Of a stretch of 39,910 bases of DNA, positions 1 to 12,298 are shown in pieces. Made by a program: the position numbers and the translations under genes. Each line of letters starts with the position of its first letter. The stretch's first letter is position 1. The stretch is taken from UHGV virus genome UHGV-1354558. One strand, given 5' to 3'. The notes beneath the pieces are model-generated. The model was given only the letters and a program-made list of their open reading frames with translations, was not told where the DNA came from and ran no database searches. Origin of the DNA: a virus.

Positions 1-247
1 TGCGAAAGCTGAAAATGATGCTCTTCGGCGCAAGCTTGATAATGGTGGTCGGGTGTTCGTCAAAGGAAAATGCCCTGTGCCATCCTCAGACGAAACCTCC
101 AGCGCCTCCGGCATGGGCAATGATGCCACCGTCGAACTCTCTCCAGTTGCTGGACGAAACGTTCTCGGTGTCCGGGACGGAATTATCCGCGACCAAACAG
201 CACTGAGAACGCTTCAGGAATACATCAGGACGCAATGCCTTCGATGA
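1..247 (+). CDS. Rz: Rz i-spanin, 3' portion (continues in frame from 39690..39910 across the window junction)
   Basis: Frame 2 is open from position 2 to the TGA at 245-247. Joined to 39690..39910 it gives 468 nt (155 aa) with a lambda Rz-like N-terminus ([30 protein letters not shown]...). Embedded Rz1 frame is present. Confidence 0.8.
   Translation, partial: AKAENDALRRKLDNGGRVFVKGKCPVPSSDETSSASGMGNDATVELSPVAGRNVLGVRDGIIRDQTALRTLQEYIRTQCLR
15..206 (+). CDS. Rz1: Rz1 o-spanin lipoprotein embedded in the +1 frame of Rz
   Basis: ORF MMLFGASLIMVVGCSSKE... has a signal peptide with lipobox VVGC and a proline-rich stretch PPAPPAW, as in lambda Rz1. The true start may be the ATG that spans the window junction (39910/1-2). 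Confidence 0.7.
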   Translation: MMLFGASLIMVVGCSSKENALCHPQTKPPAPPAWAMMPPSNSLQLLDETFSVSGTELSATKQH

Positions 248-421
248 TAGCGATAATTTTACTCATCATCCTTCACATCTGGCTCTGTAGACAGGGTGGT
301 GATCACTTCTGGAGTGAATCCAGATTAAACATCTCATTGCTGATGCTTGAAGTTGAGCATCTGGCGCGCGGTAAGGGGCTGCGTTGAGATAAGAGCCAGT
401 TCATTACAAATACCAGGATTT

Positions 422-447
422 AGCCTCGCATTCGCGGGGCTTTTTAT
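422..447 (+). terminator. intrinsic terminator downstream of lysis genes
   Basis: Hairpin AGCCTCGC-attc-GCGGGGCT (one G-U pair) followed by TTTTTAT. Confidence 0.5.
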
Positions 448-589
448 ATCTGAATTTCACAGCGCATCTCACGCGCATATTAACGAGAGCCTTTCAGTAA
501 GCGAGCCTGAGAAATGCCGTTATAGGTGGCGACCTCTCTCGGGCGGCTTTTCTGTGAGACAGGCTCACTTTCTAAAAGGTAAAGACGCT

Positions 590-1108
590 ATGAATCATCA
601 ATTGGCTAATCTCGATTTCCGGGACATGGTGGTTGTTTCTGGTGATCGCGTGATCACAACCTCCCGCAAGGTAGCAGCTTACTTCGACAAGCAGCATCAC
701 CACATCATTCAGAAAATCGAAAAGCTAGACTGTTCGGATGAATTTCTAACCAGCAACTTTTCGCGGGTTACCTATGAACACAAGGGTAATCAGTATGTTG
801 AATATGAAATTTCCAAAGACGGCGCGATGTACATCATCATGTCGTTTACCGGCAAAAAAGCTGCCGCCATCAAAGAGGCGTTTATCAAAGCATTTAATTG
901 GATGCGTGACAGGCTGATGGAGATGGCTCACTCATACCAAAGAGAGCACAACGAGTTAATGCTGGAGTTCATGAAGGAAAAGGATGTTGCCAGTATGTCA
1001 GGACGCTTGCTGAACCGCTGGGGCAGGATCAAAAAACCTCAACTCATAGCAAGAATCGAAAGGCTTGAGCAGCAGGCGCAAATATCGATCCCCGGACTGC
1101 CAAAGTGA
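590..1108 (+). CDS. rha: Rha-family phage regulatory protein
   Basis: Translation from MNHQLANLDFRDMVVVSGDRVITTSRKVAAYFDKQHHHIIQKIE... looks like the Rha N-terminal domain. The ORF track begins at 347, but the first 81 codons look like non-coding read-through, so the ATG at 590 is preferred. Confidence 0.65.
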   Translation: MNHQLANLDFRDMVVVSGDRVITTSRKVAAYFDKQHHHIIQKIEKLDCSDEFLTSNFSRVTYEHKGNQYVEYEISKDGAMYIIMSFTGKKAAAIKEAFIKAFNWMRDRLMEMAHSYQREHNELMLEFMKEKDVASMSGRLLNRWGRIKKPQLIARIERLEQQAQISIPGLPK

Positions 1109-1460
1109 CCATTCCAAAGCCAATCTACGGGTGGGCTTGATAATGAAACCGTGATTTACATCCCCACAATCCGGGTATGTAAAAGATAGTTCAGGCGAGA
1201 ACAGATTTAACTAAGTCTGTGCACCACCAGTTGCGGCAGTACCACGAAACAACCCAAGCCAGTAAGTGGGGAAATAACACTGGCAGCCACTGAAAGATGA
1301 ACCTCCTGCCTTATGGCAAAAAAGATTCTTTGTGGTGGCGGACTGATGGAAAGACATCGGTTATTGCAGAGGCCATTCAATGAGTGGTCTCGACAATGGC
1401 TTATAGCCTACACGGGATAACTTAACTGATATCCCTTTTAACGGATAAACGTAGCCAACA

Positions 1461-1703
1461 ATGGCAGAGATTATTCCCATGACTGAAGAACAGAAATTCC
1501 AGTTAGAGATTTACAAACTGGTCATGAACCAGAACGCAGCCGCAGAGGAAGCATTTCAATTCATTGGCACTGACGAGCTGAAGCTTGAGCTATTCAAAAT
1601 TCACTTCCAGTCAGGCGGCGCTAATTCAGATATCACGACCCGCACTATCGAAGCGGTGCGTAAATCGAAGGAAGCGTTAGACCTGTTCACCACCGGAGCA
1701 TGA
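1461..1703 (+). CDS. hypothetical 80-aa protein upstream of terminase (P22 orf80 position)
   Basis: 80-aa ORF immediately upstream of small terminase; P22-type genomes carry an 80-codon ORF here. Confidence 0.5.
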   Translation: MAEIIPMTEEQKFQLEIYKLVMNQNAAAEEAFQFIGTDELKLELFKIHFQSGGANSDITTRTIEAVRKSKEALDLFTTGA

Positions 1704-1738
1704 TGCTCAACCTGAAATAACGATTAAGTGAGATGAAT

Positions 1739-2227
1739 ATGGCAGCACCAAAGGGCAACCGATTCTGGGAGGCCCGCAGTAGTCATGGGCGAAACCCTAA
1801 ATTCGAATCGCCTGAGGCGCTGTGGGCTGCTTGTTGTGAATACTTCGAGTGGGCTGATGATAACCCGCTATGGGAGGGTAAGGTATTTTCATATCAGGGA
1901 GAAATAATTAAGGCTAATGTCCCTAAGATGCGAGCCATGACTATTTCAGGATTGTGTACCTTCCTTGATATCACCAGGCAAACATGGGGAACCTTCCGGT
2001 CAATGGAAGGTTTTTCTGACGTCACATCACGAGCGGAAGACATCATCTACGACCAGAAATTCTCTGGCGCAGCCGCTGACCTTCTCAACGCTAATATCAT
2101 CGCCCGTGATTTGGGCCTCAAAGAGCAGTCGCAAGTTGAAGACGTGACACCTGATAAGGGAGATCGCGATAAGCGACGCTCTCGTATCAAGGAGCTATTC
2201 AACCGTGGAACTGGACGCGATTCTTGA
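1739..2227 (+). CDS. terminase small subunit (P22 gp3-like)
   Basis: Starting at the second ATG gives 162 aa ([22 protein letters not shown]...), the length of P22 gp3. Position is immediately upstream of and overlapping the large terminase. Confidence 0.75.
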   Translation: MAAPKGNRFWEARSSHGRNPKFESPEALWAACCEYFEWADDNPLWEGKVFSYQGEIIKANVPKMRAMTISGLCTFLDITRQTWGTFRSMEGFSDVTSRAEDIIYDQKFSGAAADLLNANIIARDLGLKEQSQVEDVTPDKGDRDKRRSRIKELFNRGTGRDS

Positions 2228-3704
2228 TAACCTGAGCGACGAAGAGCAAATCGAATTGCTCGAGCTACTCGAAGAAGAAGAGAGCTACCGGAACACACAC
2301 CTGCTATATGAATTTACGCCATACAGCAAACAGCGTGAGTTCATCGACGCCGGGCATGACTATCCAGAGCGATGTTTTATGGCTGGTAACCAGCTTGGTA
2401 AGTCATTTACTGGTGCTGCTGAAGTCGCGTTTCACCTTACTGGGCGTTACCCGGGCACAAAAGGCTATCCTGCTGATGGTAAATATGGCGGTGAGTGGAA
2501 AGGTAAGCGTTTCTATGAGCCTGTTGTCTTCTGGATTGGCGGCGAGACAAACGAGACGGTAACCAAAACGACTCAACGCATCCTGTGCGGTCGTATTGAA
2601 GAGAATGATGAGCCGGGCTACGGTTCAATACCGAAAGAGGACATCATTAGCTGGAAGAAGTCTCCTTTCTTTCCGAACCTTGTTGATCATCTTCTGGTTA
2701 AGCATCACACGGCTGATGGCGTTGAAGATGGCATTTCAATCTGCTACTTCAAACCATACTCGCAAGGCCGCGCTCGCTGGCAGGGTGACACAATCCACGG
2801 CGTGTGGTTTGACGAAGAGCCACCATACAGCATTTATGGCGAAGGTCTTACCCGTACCAACAAATACGGTCAATTCTCAATTCTGACGTTTACCCCGCTG
2901 ATGGGGATGTCTGACGTTGTTACCAAGTTCCTGAAGAATCCCAGCAAGTCGCAGAAAGTTGTCAACATGACCATCTACGACGCTGAGCACTACACCGACG
3001 AGCAGAAAGAGCAAATCATCGCATCCTATCCCGAGCATGAGAGAGAGGCGCGTGCTCGAGGTATTCCTACGATGGGTAGTGGTCGAATCTTCCAGATACC
3101 GGAAGAGACGATTAAGTGTCAGCCGTTCGAGTGTCCTGATCACTTCTACGTAATTGGCGGGATGGATTTCGGATGGGATCACCCACAGGCGCAGGTTCAG
3201 CTTTGGTGGGATAAGGACGCAGACACAATCTACGTTTCACGCGTGTGGAAGGCGAAAGAAAAAACAGCCGTTCAGGCATGGGGAGCTGTTAAATCATGGG
3301 CGCATAAAGTGCCAACAGCATGGCCTCATGACGGAAATCAGCACGAGAAGGGCGGCGGTGAGCAGCTCAAAGGGCAGTATGCAGATGCTGGTTTTATGAT
3401 GTTGCAGGAGCATGCGACATGGCCTGATGGCGGTAACGCGGTGGAGCCTGGCATCACTGAATTGCGCGACATGATGCTCGATGGTCGCTTCAAAGTATTC
3501 AACACCTGTGAGCCATTCTTTGAGGAGTTCCGCCTCTATCACCGTGATGAAAACGGGAAGATCGTCAAGCTTAACGACGACGTTCTCTCAGCTGTTCGCT
3601 ATGCATACATGATGCGCCGCTTCGCCAAAATGATGCGCGACATCAAAAAACCAAAAGAGAAAAAGATACCAGCCCCAATCAGGCCCATCGCACGGAGAAC
3701 TTAA
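2205..3704 (+). CDS. terminase large subunit (P22 gp2-like), GTG start
   Basis: 499 aa, the size of P22 gp2, in the expected position. GTG start overlaps the small-subunit stop; AGGAG sits upstream. Confidence 0.9.
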   Translation: MELDAILDNLSDEEQIELLELLEEEESYRNTHLLYEFTPYSKQREFIDAGHDYPERCFMAGNQLGKSFTGAAEVAFHLTGRYPGTKGYPADGKYGGEWKGKRFYEPVVFWIGGETNETVTKTTQRILCGRIEENDEPGYGSIPKEDIISWKKSPFFPNLVDHLLVKHHTADGVEDGISICYFKPYSQGRARWQGDTIHGVWFDEEPPYSIYGEGLTRTNKYGQFSILTFTPLMGMSDVVTKFLKNPSKSQKVVNMTIYDAEHYTDEQKEQIIASYPEHEREARARGIPTMGSGRIFQIPEETIKCQPFECPDHFYVIGGMDFGWDHPQAQVQLWWDKDADTIYVSRVWKAKEKTAVQAWGAVKSWAHKVPTAWPHDGNQHEKGGGEQLKGQYADAGFMMLQEHATWPDGGNAVEPGITELRDMMLDGRFKVFNTCEPFFEEFRLYHRDENGKIVKLNDDVLSAVRYAYMMRRFAKMMRDIKKPKEKKIPAPIRPIARRT

Positions 3705-5870
3705 ATGGCCGACGAAAACAGACTCAATTCCATTCTGTGTAAGTTTGACGCAGACTGGATGGCGAGCGATGAAGCCAGAACCGAGGCGACAAATGACCTG
3801 TATTTTAGCCGAGTGTCGCAATGGGATGACTGGCTATCAAACTACACCACCCTGCAATATCGAGGACAATTCGATGTTGTCCGCCCGGTGGTCAGGAAAC
3901 TGGTCGCAGAGATGCGCCGGAACCCTATCGACGTTCTCTTCAGACCAAAAGACGGAGCTAATCCTGATGCTGCCGATGTGTTGATGGGAATGTATCGTAC
4001 CGATATGCGCCATAACACGGCAAAAATTGCCGTTAACATTGGCGTTCGTGAGCAGATAGAGTCCGGCGTTGGTGCATGGCGTCTGGTCACACAGTACGAA
4101 GACAACGATCCAACAAGCAACAACCAGGTAATCAGACGCCTGCCAATCCATGAAGCCTGCTCACACGTCATATGGGACGCCAACAGCAAGCAGATGGATA
4201 AGAGCGACGCTAAGCACTGCACGGTGATTAACGCCTTGTCGCGCAATGGCTGGAAAGAGTTCGCAGAGGATTACGGTATTGATCCGGACACCTTGCCATC
4301 TTTCCAGAATCCGAACGATACATGGCTGTTTCCGTGGGTATCGAATGATGTCGTCTACGTCGCTGAGTATTACGAGGTCGAAGAGAAGAAAGAGAAAGTC
4401 TTCATCTACCGCGACCCGCTGACAGGTGAGCCGGTAAGCTATTACCAGCAGGATATCAAAGACGTCATCGACGACCTGGCTAATCGTGGATTCATTAAGG
4501 TAGCAGAGCGCAAGGTGAAGCGTCGGCGTGTGTATAAGTCGATCATCACCTGTACGCAGATACTGAAAGACCGCGAGAAGATAGCCGGAGAGCATATTCC
4601 AATCGTTCCAGTGTATGGTGAATGGTCATTCGCTGGTGACAAGGAGTGCTACGAAGGAGTGGTAAGGCTGACGAAAGACGGTCAACGCCTTCGTAACATG
4701 ATCATGTCGTTCAACGCCGATATTGTTGCTCGTTCACCGAAGAAGAAACCGACCTTCTTCCCTGAGCAAATCGAAGGCTACGAATACATGTACGGTGGAA
4801 ATGATGACTATCCGTACTATCTGCAGAACAGGACCGATGAAAACGGTAACGACCTGCCGATTGGTCCAATCTCCTACATTGAAAACCCTGAAGTGCCGCA
4901 AGCCAACGCTTACATGCTTGAGGCTGCCACCAACGCAGTGAAAGAGGTGGCTAGTCTTGGTGTGGATGCGCAGGCAGCAAGCTCTCAGGTCGCTTTCGAT
5001 ACCGTCAATCAACTGAACATGCGGGCAGACCTTGAGACATACGTGTTTCAGGATAACCTGGCTACCGCAATGCGACGTGATGGCGAGATTTATGCCTCAA
5101 TGGTCAACGATATTTATGACGTTCCTCGTCATGTAACGCTGACACTTGAAGATGGAAGCGAGAAAGACGTTCAACTCTATGCGCAAGTTGTCGATTACCA
5201 GTCCGGCAATGTGGTCACACTCAACGACATTCGCGGTCGCTATGAGTGCTATACAGACGTTGGACCATCCTTCCAGAGTATGAAGGAACAGAACCGCGCA
5301 GAGATTCAGGAGTTACTCACCAAGGTTCCGCAAGGTACTCCAGAGTTCCAGATGCTGATGCTGCAATACTTCACGCTGCTTGACGGTAAAGGCGTCGAGA
5401 TGATGCGAGAGTACGCGAACAAGCAACTGGTGATGATGGGGCTGAAGAAACCAGAAACACCTGAAGAGATGGAGATGGTACAACAGGCACAACAACAGCC
5501 GCAGCAGCCATCAGCAGAGCAAATTCAGGCGCAGGGCATCCTTCTGCAAGGTCAGGCTGAATTGCTCAAGGCAGAGAACCAACAGGCGCAGATTCAGGTT
5601 GAGGCCGCCAAGGTTGAAGCCCAAAACCAACTCAACGCCGCGAAGATTGCAGAAATCTTCAACAATATGGACCTCGACAAGCAGGCAGAACTGCGTGAGT
5701 ACCTCAAGCTCGTAGGTCAATTCCAGCAACAGCGCAGCAAAGATGCTCGTGCTAACGCTGAGCTGCTTCTTAAAGATGCAGGCCAGACTCATTCACAACG
5801 CATGGATTTCGCGAATCTTATGCGTCAAGTTCAAATCCCCTCCGGCGGAGTAGCCGAGACACCTCAATAA
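3705..5870 (+). CDS. portal protein (P22 gp1-like)
   Basis: 721 aa, directly after the terminase stop with GGAG upstream. Long Q-rich C-terminal helical region as in P22-like portals. Confidence 0.9.
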   Translation: MADENRLNSILCKFDADWMASDEARTEATNDLYFSRVSQWDDWLSNYTTLQYRGQFDVVRPVVRKLVAEMRRNPIDVLFRPKDGANPDAADVLMGMYRTDMRHNTAKIAVNIGVREQIESGVGAWRLVTQYEDNDPTSNNQVIRRLPIHEACSHVIWDANSKQMDKSDAKHCTVINALSRNGWKEFAEDYGIDPDTLPSFQNPNDTWLFPWVSNDVVYVAEYYEVEEKKEKVFIYRDPLTGEPVSYYQQDIKDVIDDLANRGFIKVAERKVKRRRVYKSIITCTQILKDREKIAGEHIPIVPVYGEWSFAGDKECYEGVVRLTKDGQRLRNMIMSFNADIVARSPKKKPTFFPEQIEGYEYMYGGNDDYPYYLQNRTDENGNDLPIGPISYIENPEVPQANAYMLEAATNAVKEVASLGVDAQAASSQVAFDTVNQLNMRADLETYVFQDNLATAMRRDGEIYASMVNDIYDVPRHVTLTLEDGSEKDVQLYAQVVDYQSGNVVTLNDIRGRYECYTDVGPSFQSMKEQNRAEIQELLTKVPQGTPEFQMLMLQYFTLLDGKGVEMMREYANKQLVMMGLKKPETPEEMEMVQQAQQQPQQPSAEQIQAQGILLQGQAELLKAENQQAQIQVEAAKVEAQNQLNAAKIAEIFNNMDLDKQAELREYLKLVGQFQQQRSKDARANAELLLKDAGQTHSQRMDFANLMRQVQIPSGGVAETPQ

Positions 5871-5883
5871 GAGAGAGTTAATC

Positions 5884-6795
5884 ATGGAACAAACCACCGA
5901 CATTCAGGCTTCTGAAGAATTAACCCTGCCCGGCAATCATGCAGCGGCATCTGCTGATGGCTTAGTTGTCGATAATGCCAACGACAACGCAGGTCAGGAA
6001 GAAGGCTTCGAGATTGTCCTGAAAGACGATGAGAAACCAAAACAAGACCCGGCAACTAATGCTGAATTTGCCCGTCGCCGCATCGAACGCAAACGCCAGC
6101 GTGAGCTTGAGCAGCAGATGGAAGCGGTTAAGCGTGGAGAGTTGCCGGAGCACCTGCGGGTGAACCCTGAGTTGCCAAAACAACCAGACCCTAACGATTA
6201 TCTTTCCGAAGATGCGCTGGCTAAGTACGACTATGACCAGAGCCGCGCACTGGCTGCCTTCCAGCAGGCAAACAGTGAATGGCAGATCAAGGCTATGGAC
6301 GCACGAAGCCAGGCTGTAGCAGAGCAGGGCCGCAAAACTCAGGAGTTCACCCAGCAATCAGCGCAATACGTCGAGGCAGCCCGTAAGCACTACGACGCAG
6401 CGGAAAAGCTCAATATCCCTGACTATCAGGAGAAAGAGGATGCATTCATGCAACTGGTGCCGCCAGCAGTCGGTGCCGACATCATGCGCCTCTTCCCGGA
6501 GAAATCCGCTGCTCTCATGTATCACCTTGGTGCTAATCCTGAGAAAACACGCCAGTTGCTGGCGATGGACGGGCAATCCGCGCTGATTGAACTCACTCGA
6601 CTGTCAGAACGTTTAACTCTCAAGCCTCGAGCCAAGCCTGTTTCAGAAGCCCCGTTACCTGATGAACCCATTCAGGGACACGCTGTTGCTGCAAATATCT
6701 CTGCGATTGAAAAGCAGATGGAAGCGGCAGCAAACAAAGGGGATGTAGAGACATACCGCAAGCTCAAGGCGCAACTGAATAAAGGAATTCGATAA
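5884..6795 (+). CDS. scaffolding protein (P22 gp8-like)
   Basis: 303 aa, acidic and helical, lying between portal and coat; P22 scaffold is the same length. Confidence 0.8.
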   Translation: MEQTTDIQASEELTLPGNHAAASADGLVVDNANDNAGQEEGFEIVLKDDEKPKQDPATNAEFARRRIERKRQRELEQQMEAVKRGELPEHLRVNPELPKQPDPNDYLSEDALAKYDYDQSRALAAFQQANSEWQIKAMDARSQAVAEQGRKTQEFTQQSAQYVEAARKHYDAAEKLNIPDYQEKEDAFMQLVPPAVGADIMRLFPEKSAALMYHLGANPEKTRQLLAMDGQSALIELTRLSERLTLKPRAKPVSEAPLPDEPIQGHAVAANISAIEKQMEAAANKGDVETYRKLKAQLNKGIR

Positions 6796-8090
6796 TGGCA
6801 TTAAATGAAGGTCAACTGGTCACGTATGCTCTGGATGAAATCATCGAAACCGTCCAGAACCTGACGCCAATGGCGTCCAAAGTGACAAAATACACCCCTC
6901 CGGCAGAATCCATGCAGCGTTCAAGCAACACCGTGTGGATGCCTGTTGAGCAGGAAGCACCAACCCAGACTGGCTGGGATTTAACTGGCAACGCAACCGG
7001 GATTCTGGAACTGTCCGTGAAATGCAACATGGGCGATCCGGATAACGATTTCTTCGAGCTTCGTGCAGATGACCTGCGTGATGAGCGTTCTTACCGTCGC
7101 CGCATCCAGGCATCCGCCAAAAAACTGGCGAATAACATTGAGTCAGCGATTGCCAAACAGGCAACTGAAATGGGCTCGCTTGTTGTTCACGATACCCGCG
7201 CAATTGGTCCATCTACTGGCCTGTCTGGCTGGGATTTTGTGTCTGATGCAGAGCGCCTGATGTTCTCCCGTGAGCTAAACCGCGATATGGGCATCAGTTA
7301 CTTCCTGAACCCTGACGATTACCGCAAAGCAGGCCGCAACCTGGTAGATGGTGACATCTTCGGGCGCGTTCCTGAAGAAGCGTATCGCAACGGTACTATT
7401 CAGCGTCAGATTGCTGGCTTTGATGAAATTCTTCGCTCACCGAAACTTCCGGCGGTTACCAAGTCAACCGCTACTGGTGTAACTGTTTCTGGTGCGCAGA
7501 AGTTTAAGCCGCAGGCATACACCCTTGATACCGATGGTAACAAAGAGAACGTCGACAACCGTGTTGCAACGGTGACCGTATCCTCCACCACCGGATTTAA
7601 GCGCGGCGACAAAATCAGCTTCACTGGTGTGAAATTCCTGTCTCAGATGGCGAAGAACGTGCTGACTGATGACGCGACTTTCTCAATCACCCGTGTGATC
7701 GATGGTACTCACATCGAAATCACGCCGAAGCCGATTGCGCTTGATGACGCTTCATTGACAAAAGAAGAGAAGGCTTACGCTAACGTAAACACCTCTCTTG
7801 CTGATGCCACTCCGGTAAACGTTCTGAACGTGGCAACAACCACCGCTAACGTGTTCTGGGCTGATGACTCAATCCGTCTGCTTTCTCAGCCGATCCCGGT
7901 AACCCATGAACTGTTTGCTGGCATGAAAACGTCTTCCTTCAGCATTCCAGGTATTGGTGTTAACGGCATCTTCGCAACGCAGGGTGATATCAACACTCTG
8001 TCTGGTAAGTGCCGTATTGCTGTGTGGTATTCAGCATGTGCTGTACGACCAGAGGCAATTGGCGTTGGTCTGCCTAACCAGACTGCGTGA
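6795..8090 (+). CDS. major coat protein (P22 gp5-like)
   Basis: 431-codon ORF whose start overlaps the scaffold stop (TAATG); P22 coat is about 430 aa. Followed by a strong terminator. Confidence 0.9.
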   Translation: MALNEGQLVTYALDEIIETVQNLTPMASKVTKYTPPAESMQRSSNTVWMPVEQEAPTQTGWDLTGNATGILELSVKCNMGDPDNDFFELRADDLRDERSYRRRIQASAKKLANNIESAIAKQATEMGSLVVHDTRAIGPSTGLSGWDFVSDAERLMFSRELNRDMGISYFLNPDDYRKAGRNLVDGDIFGRVPEEAYRNGTIQRQIAGFDEILRSPKLPAVTKSTATGVTVSGAQKFKPQAYTLDTDGNKENVDNRVATVTVSSTTGFKRGDKISFTGVKFLSQMAKNVLTDDATFSITRVIDGTHIEITPKPIALDDASLTKEEKAYANVNTSLADATPVNVLNVATTTANVFWADDSIRLLSQPIPVTHELFAGMKTSSFSIPGIGVNGIFATQGDINTLSGKCRIAVWYSACAVRPEAIGVGLPNQTA

Positions 8091-8096
8091 TAACCA

Positions 8097-8121
8097 GAGG
8101 GAGCTTCGGCTCCCTTTTTTA
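8097..8121 (+). terminator. intrinsic terminator after coat gene
   Basis: GGGAGC-ttcg-GCTCCC hairpin followed by TTTTTT, 7 nt after the coat stop. Confidence 0.65.
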
Positions 8122-8134
8122 TCTGGAGACAAAC

Positions 8135-8372
<238 letters not shown>

Positions 8373-8395
<23 letters not shown>

Positions 8396-8873
8396 TTTAG
8401 TTCTTGCGGCATTACGTAAGCTCGGTGTGGCATCAAATGCCACGTTAACCGATGTCGAACCGCAGTCTATGGAAGACGGCGTCAACGACCTTGAAATGAT
8501 GATGGCTGAATGGCTTGGCGGTGATGCGTCACCTGGGATCAACGTTGGCTACATTTTTGCTGATGCAGATGTCGCTCCGGATCCTGGCGATGAGCACGGT
8601 TTATCAAATAACGCTATCAATGCCGTCATTTTCAACCTTGCCTGCCGCATTGCTCCGGATTATGCGCTGGAAGCGTCAGCAAAACTTATAACCACTGCCA
8701 GATACGGGAAAGAGCGACTCGTCAAACTGTCTGCAATGGACAGAGCAAAAGCCGCTAAATGTAAGTCCGGTTATCCAAACCGTATGCCTGTTGGTAGCGG
8801 TAACCAGTTGGCGAAGTGGAACGGTTGGAATTACTTCCACCGAAAGGAACCTTGCGATAACGGGAGCGAATAA
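8373..8873 (+). CDS. tail accessory factor / head completion protein (P22 gp4-like)
   Basis: Start at the internal ATG gives 166 aa, the size of P22 gp4 ([36 protein letters not shown]...). The same frame is open upstream to an ATG at 8274. Confidence 0.75.
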
Positions 8874-10291
8874 TGCCGATTCAGCAACTTCCGCTTATGA
8901 AAGGTGTCGGCAAAGACTTTCGAAACGCTGACTATATCGACTATCTGCCAGTGAATATGCTGGCTACACCCAAAGAAATCCTGAACAGCAGCGGATATCT
9001 TCGCTCATTCCCGGGCATTGCCAAACGTTCTGATGTGAACGGCGTATCGCGCGGCGTCGAGTACAACATGGCGCAGAATGCTGTCTATCGTGTGTGTGGC
9101 GGCAAGCTCTACAAAGGCGAAAGCGAGGTCGGTGATGTTGCCGGAAGTGGTCGCGTATCAATGGCGCATGGTCGGACATCACAGGCGGTAGGCGTTAATG
9201 GTCAACTGGTCGAGTATCGCTATGATGGTACGGTTAAAACCGTCTCAAACTGGCCTACAGACAGTGGATTCACTCAGTATGAGTTAGGTTCAGTTCGCGA
9301 CATTACGCGCTTACGTGGGCGTTATGCGTGGTCAAAAGACGGAACTGATTCATGGTTTATCACTGACCCTGAAGACGAATCTCATCCTGACCGTTACAGC
9401 GCACAATATCGTGCCGAGTCTCAGCCTGACGGAATCATCGGCATCGGAACATGGCGAGATTTCATCGTCTGCTTTGGTTCATCGACGATTGAATATTTCT
9501 CCCTGACTGGTGCAACCACCGTTGGTGCCGCTTTGTATGTCGCACAGCCATCACTGATGGTGCAGAAAGGCATTGCCGGAACTTACTGCAAAACGCCGTT
9601 TGCTGATTCGTATGCGTTCATCAGCAATCCGGCAACAGGTGCGCCGTCTGTGTATATCATCGGCTCCGGTCAGGTGTCACCAATCGCCAGTGCGAGCATT
9701 GAGAAAATCCTCCGCTCCTACACTGCTGATGAACTGGCTGATGGCGTAATGGAGTCTCTGCGATTTGATGCGCATGAGCTGCTGATTATCCATCTTCCGC
9801 GCCATGTCCTCGTGTACGACGCATCTTCAAGCGCTAATGGTCCGCAATGGTGTGTGCTGAAAACAGGACTGTATGACGATGTGTACCGCGCTATCGACTT
9901 CATTTACGAAGGCAATCAGATAACGTGCGGCGATAAGCTGGAATCCGTGACCGGGAAATTGCAGTTCGATATCAGCAGCCAGTACGACAAGCAACAGGAA
10001 CACCTGCTGTTTACTCCGTTGTTCAAAGCAGATAACGCCAGAGTTTTCGACCTTGAAGTTGAATCTTCAACTGGCGTTGCGCAGTACGCCGACCGCCTGT
10101 TCCTCTCTGCAACCAATGACGGCATAAATTACGGACGTGAGCAGATGATTGAGCAGAATGAACCGTTCGTTTACGACAAACGCGTTTTGTGGAAGCGAGT
10201 CGGGCGCATCAGGAAAAATGTCGGCTTCAAATTGCGCGTTATCACGAAGTCACCTGTCACTCTTTCTGGCTGCCAGATAAGGATTGAGTAA
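8873..10291 (+). CDS. tail accessory factor (P22 gp10-like)
   Basis: 472 aa, the size of P22 gp10, in conserved order; start overlaps the preceding stop (TAATG). Confidence 0.85.
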   Translation: MPIQQLPLMKGVGKDFRNADYIDYLPVNMLATPKEILNSSGYLRSFPGIAKRSDVNGVSRGVEYNMAQNAVYRVCGGKLYKGESEVGDVAGSGRVSMAHGRTSQAVGVNGQLVEYRYDGTVKTVSNWPTDSGFTQYELGSVRDITRLRGRYAWSKDGTDSWFITDPEDESHPDRYSAQYRAESQPDGIIGIGTWRDFIVCFGSSTIEYFSLTGATTVGAALYVAQPSLMVQKGIAGTYCKTPFADSYAFISNPATGAPSVYIIGSGQVSPIASASIEKILRSYTADELADGVMESLRFDAHELLIIHLPRHVLVYDASSSANGPQWCVLKTGLYDDVYRAIDFIYEGNQITCGDKLESVTGKLQFDISSQYDKQQEHLLFTPLFKADNARVFDLEVESSTGVAQYADRLFLSATNDGINYGREQMIEQNEPFVYDKRVLWKRVGRIRKNVGFKLRVITKSPVTLSGCQIRIE

Positions 10292-11139
10292 TGGCGGATT
10301 CGAATCTCAATGTGCCGGTAATCATTCAGGCTACACGACTCGACACATCAGTCCTTCCACGCAATATCTTCTCGCAGTCGTATCTGCTGTACGTTATCGC
10401 ACAGGGTACTGATGTTGGTAACGTGGCGAACAAGGCCAACGAGGCCGGACAGGGCGCTTATGATGCACAGGTCAGAAACGATGAGCAGGATGTGATTCTC
10501 GCTGACCATGAGCAGCGAATTTCTGCTGCGGAAGCAACGCTTGTTAATCATGAGGAGCGAATCAGCCAGGCAGAATCAACTCTTCAGGAACATGAAACGC
10601 GAATCGCTCAGAATGAAAGCGATATTGCGTCGCTTGATACCAGAGTTCAGTCGCTGGAGTCGCAGGTTTCAGACCATGAAACGCGCATTGATGCTCTGGA
10701 GTATGCAACCACACGCAAGAAGTCAGAGGTTGTTTACTCTGGTGTATCTGTAACCATCCCGACAGCGCCGACCAACCTTGTTAGCCTGCTGAAAACGCTC
10801 ACGCCGTCATCCGGGACGTTGGCACCATTCTTTGACACTGTTAACAACAAGATGGTTGTGTTCAACGAGAACAAAACCTTGTTCTTCAAGCTGTCGATCG
10901 TCGGTACGTGGCCCAGCGGAACCGCCAACAGGTCAATGCAGCTAACCTTTTCCGGCTCTGTTCCTGATACGCTGGTCAGCAGTCGTAATGCGGCGACAAC
11001 AACCGACAACATCCTGTTAGCTACGTTCTTCAGCGTGGATAAAGACGGCTTTCTTGCCACAAATGGCAGTACGTTAACTATTCAGTCAAATGGGGCGGAG
11101 TTTACTGCCACAACCATCAAAATCATTGCGGAGCAGTAA
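10291..11139 (+). CDS. tail needle (P22 gp26-like) with C-terminal knob
   Basis: 282 aa with trimeric coiled-coil heptads ([44 protein letters not shown]...) and an extra C-terminal domain, as in knob-bearing tail needles. Confidence 0.85.
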   Translation: MADSNLNVPVIIQATRLDTSVLPRNIFSQSYLLYVIAQGTDVGNVANKANEAGQGAYDAQVRNDEQDVILADHEQRISAAEATLVNHEERISQAESTLQEHETRIAQNESDIASLDTRVQSLESQVSDHETRIDALEYATTRKKSEVVYSGVSVTIPTAPTNLVSLLKTLTPSSGTLAPFFDTVNNKMVVFNENKTLFFKLSIVGTWPSGTANRSMQLTFSGSVPDTLVSSRNAATTTDNILLATFFSVDKDGFLATNGSTLTIQSNGAEFTATTIKIIAEQ

Positions 11140-11594
11140 TGATTCAGTTCAAACCAACGCGAAACATCGACCTGATCGAAGCAGTCGGAAATCACCCTGA
11201 CATTATTGCCGGAAGCAACAACGGTGATGGATACGACTACAAGCCTGAATGCCGTTACTTTGAGGTTAACGTGTACGGTCAGTTTGGCGGCATTGTTTAC
11301 TATCAGGAGATTCAGCCGCTGACATTCGATTGCCACGCCATGTACCTGCCAGAGGTTCGTGGCTTCAGCAAGGAAATCGGGCTGGCGTTCTGGCGATACA
11401 TTCTGACTAACACCACCGTTCAGTGCGTCACATCGTTCGCCGCACGCAAATTCCGCCACGGGCAGATTTACTGCGCAATGATTGGCCTTAATCGTGTAGG
11501 AACCATCAAGAAATACTTCAAAGGCGTGGATGACGTGACATTTTACAGTGCTACACGCGAAGAACTAATCGAATTCCTGAATCACGGGAGATAG
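11139..11594 (+). CDS. hypothetical protein in the P22 gp14 position
   Basis: 151 aa, translationally coupled (TAATG), between needle and ejection proteins. Assigned by position only. Confidence 0.5.
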   Translation: MIQFKPTRNIDLIEAVGNHPDIIAGSNNGDGYDYKPECRYFEVNVYGQFGGIVYYQEIQPLTFDCHAMYLPEVRGFSKEIGLAFWRYILTNTTVQCVTSFAARKFRHGQIYCAMIGLNRVGTIKKYFKGVDDVTFYSATREELIEFLNHGR

Positions 11595-11596
11595 CC

Positions 11597-12289
11597 ATGT
11601 TATATGCATTTAAGCTGGGCAGAAAACTGCGCGGCGAGGAACCTTATTGCCCTGAAAAAGGCGGGAAAGGTGGCAGTTCTGATAAAAGCGCAAAGTATGC
11701 CGCAGAAGCTCAGAAGTATGCAGCAGACCTGCAAAATCAGCAGTGGCAGACGATCATGAAAAACCTTGCTCCGTTCACGCCGCTTGCGGAGCAGTATGTT
11801 AACCAGCTTCAGAACCTTTCCAGTTTAGAAGGTCAGGGGCAGGCACTTAATCAGTATTACAATTCTCAGCAGTATAAAGACCTTGCAGGTCAGGCTCGTT
11901 ACCAGAGTCTTGCTGCTGCGGAGGCGACGGGTGGACTTGGTTCGACAGCCACAAGCAATCAACTGGCTACGATCGCGCCGACACTCGGTCAGTCTTGGTT
12001 ATCAAACCAGATGAGCAATTACAATAATCTGGCAAACATTGGGCTTGGTGCGCTGCAAGGTCAGGCAAACGCCGGGCAGACGTACGCCAACAACATGAGC
12101 AGCATTGCACAGCAAAGCGCAGCACTTGCCGCTGCTAATGCCAATAAACCATCAAGTCTTCAGACTGCAATTAGCGGTGGCACGTCTGGTGCGATTGCCG
12201 GTGCAGGTCTTGCCAGCCTTTTGGGAACATCAACGCCTTGGGGCGCTGGCATTGGTGCTGGTATCGGATTACTTGGCTCGTTGTTTTAA
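11597..12289 (+). CDS. ejection protein (P22 gp7-like)
   Basis: 230 aa with a Gly/Ala-rich hydrophobic C-terminus (GAIAGAGLASLLG...GAGIGAGIGLLGSLF), typical of gp7-type proteins. Confidence 0.7.
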   Translation: MLYAFKLGRKLRGEEPYCPEKGGKGGSSDKSAKYAAEAQKYAADLQNQQWQTIMKNLAPFTPLAEQYVNQLQNLSSLEGQGQALNQYYNSQQYKDLAGQARYQSLAAAEATGGLGSTATSNQLATIAPTLGQSWLSNQMSNYNNLANIGLGALQGQANAGQTYANNMSSIAQQSAALAAANANKPSSLQTAISGGTSGAIAGAGLASLLGTSTPWGAGIGAGIGLLGSLF

Positions 12290-12298
12290 GGGGTAATC

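Noticed and set aside
347-589. N-terminal 81 codons of the 347..1108 ORF
   Set aside because: Low-complexity, non-protein-like translation that overlaps an intrinsic terminator; the Rha-like homology begins at the ATG at 590.
1109-1460. 350-bp intergenic region between rha and orf80 checked for tRNA or small RNA genes
   Set aside because: No cloverleaf-compatible sequence or T-loop motif found; only a weak inverted repeat (TTACAT...ATGTAA). Left unannotated.
2036-2058. Possible P22-type pac site (GAAGAC...) within the small terminase gene
   Set aside because: Only the first 6 nt match the P22 pac consensus as I recall it; too weak to call.
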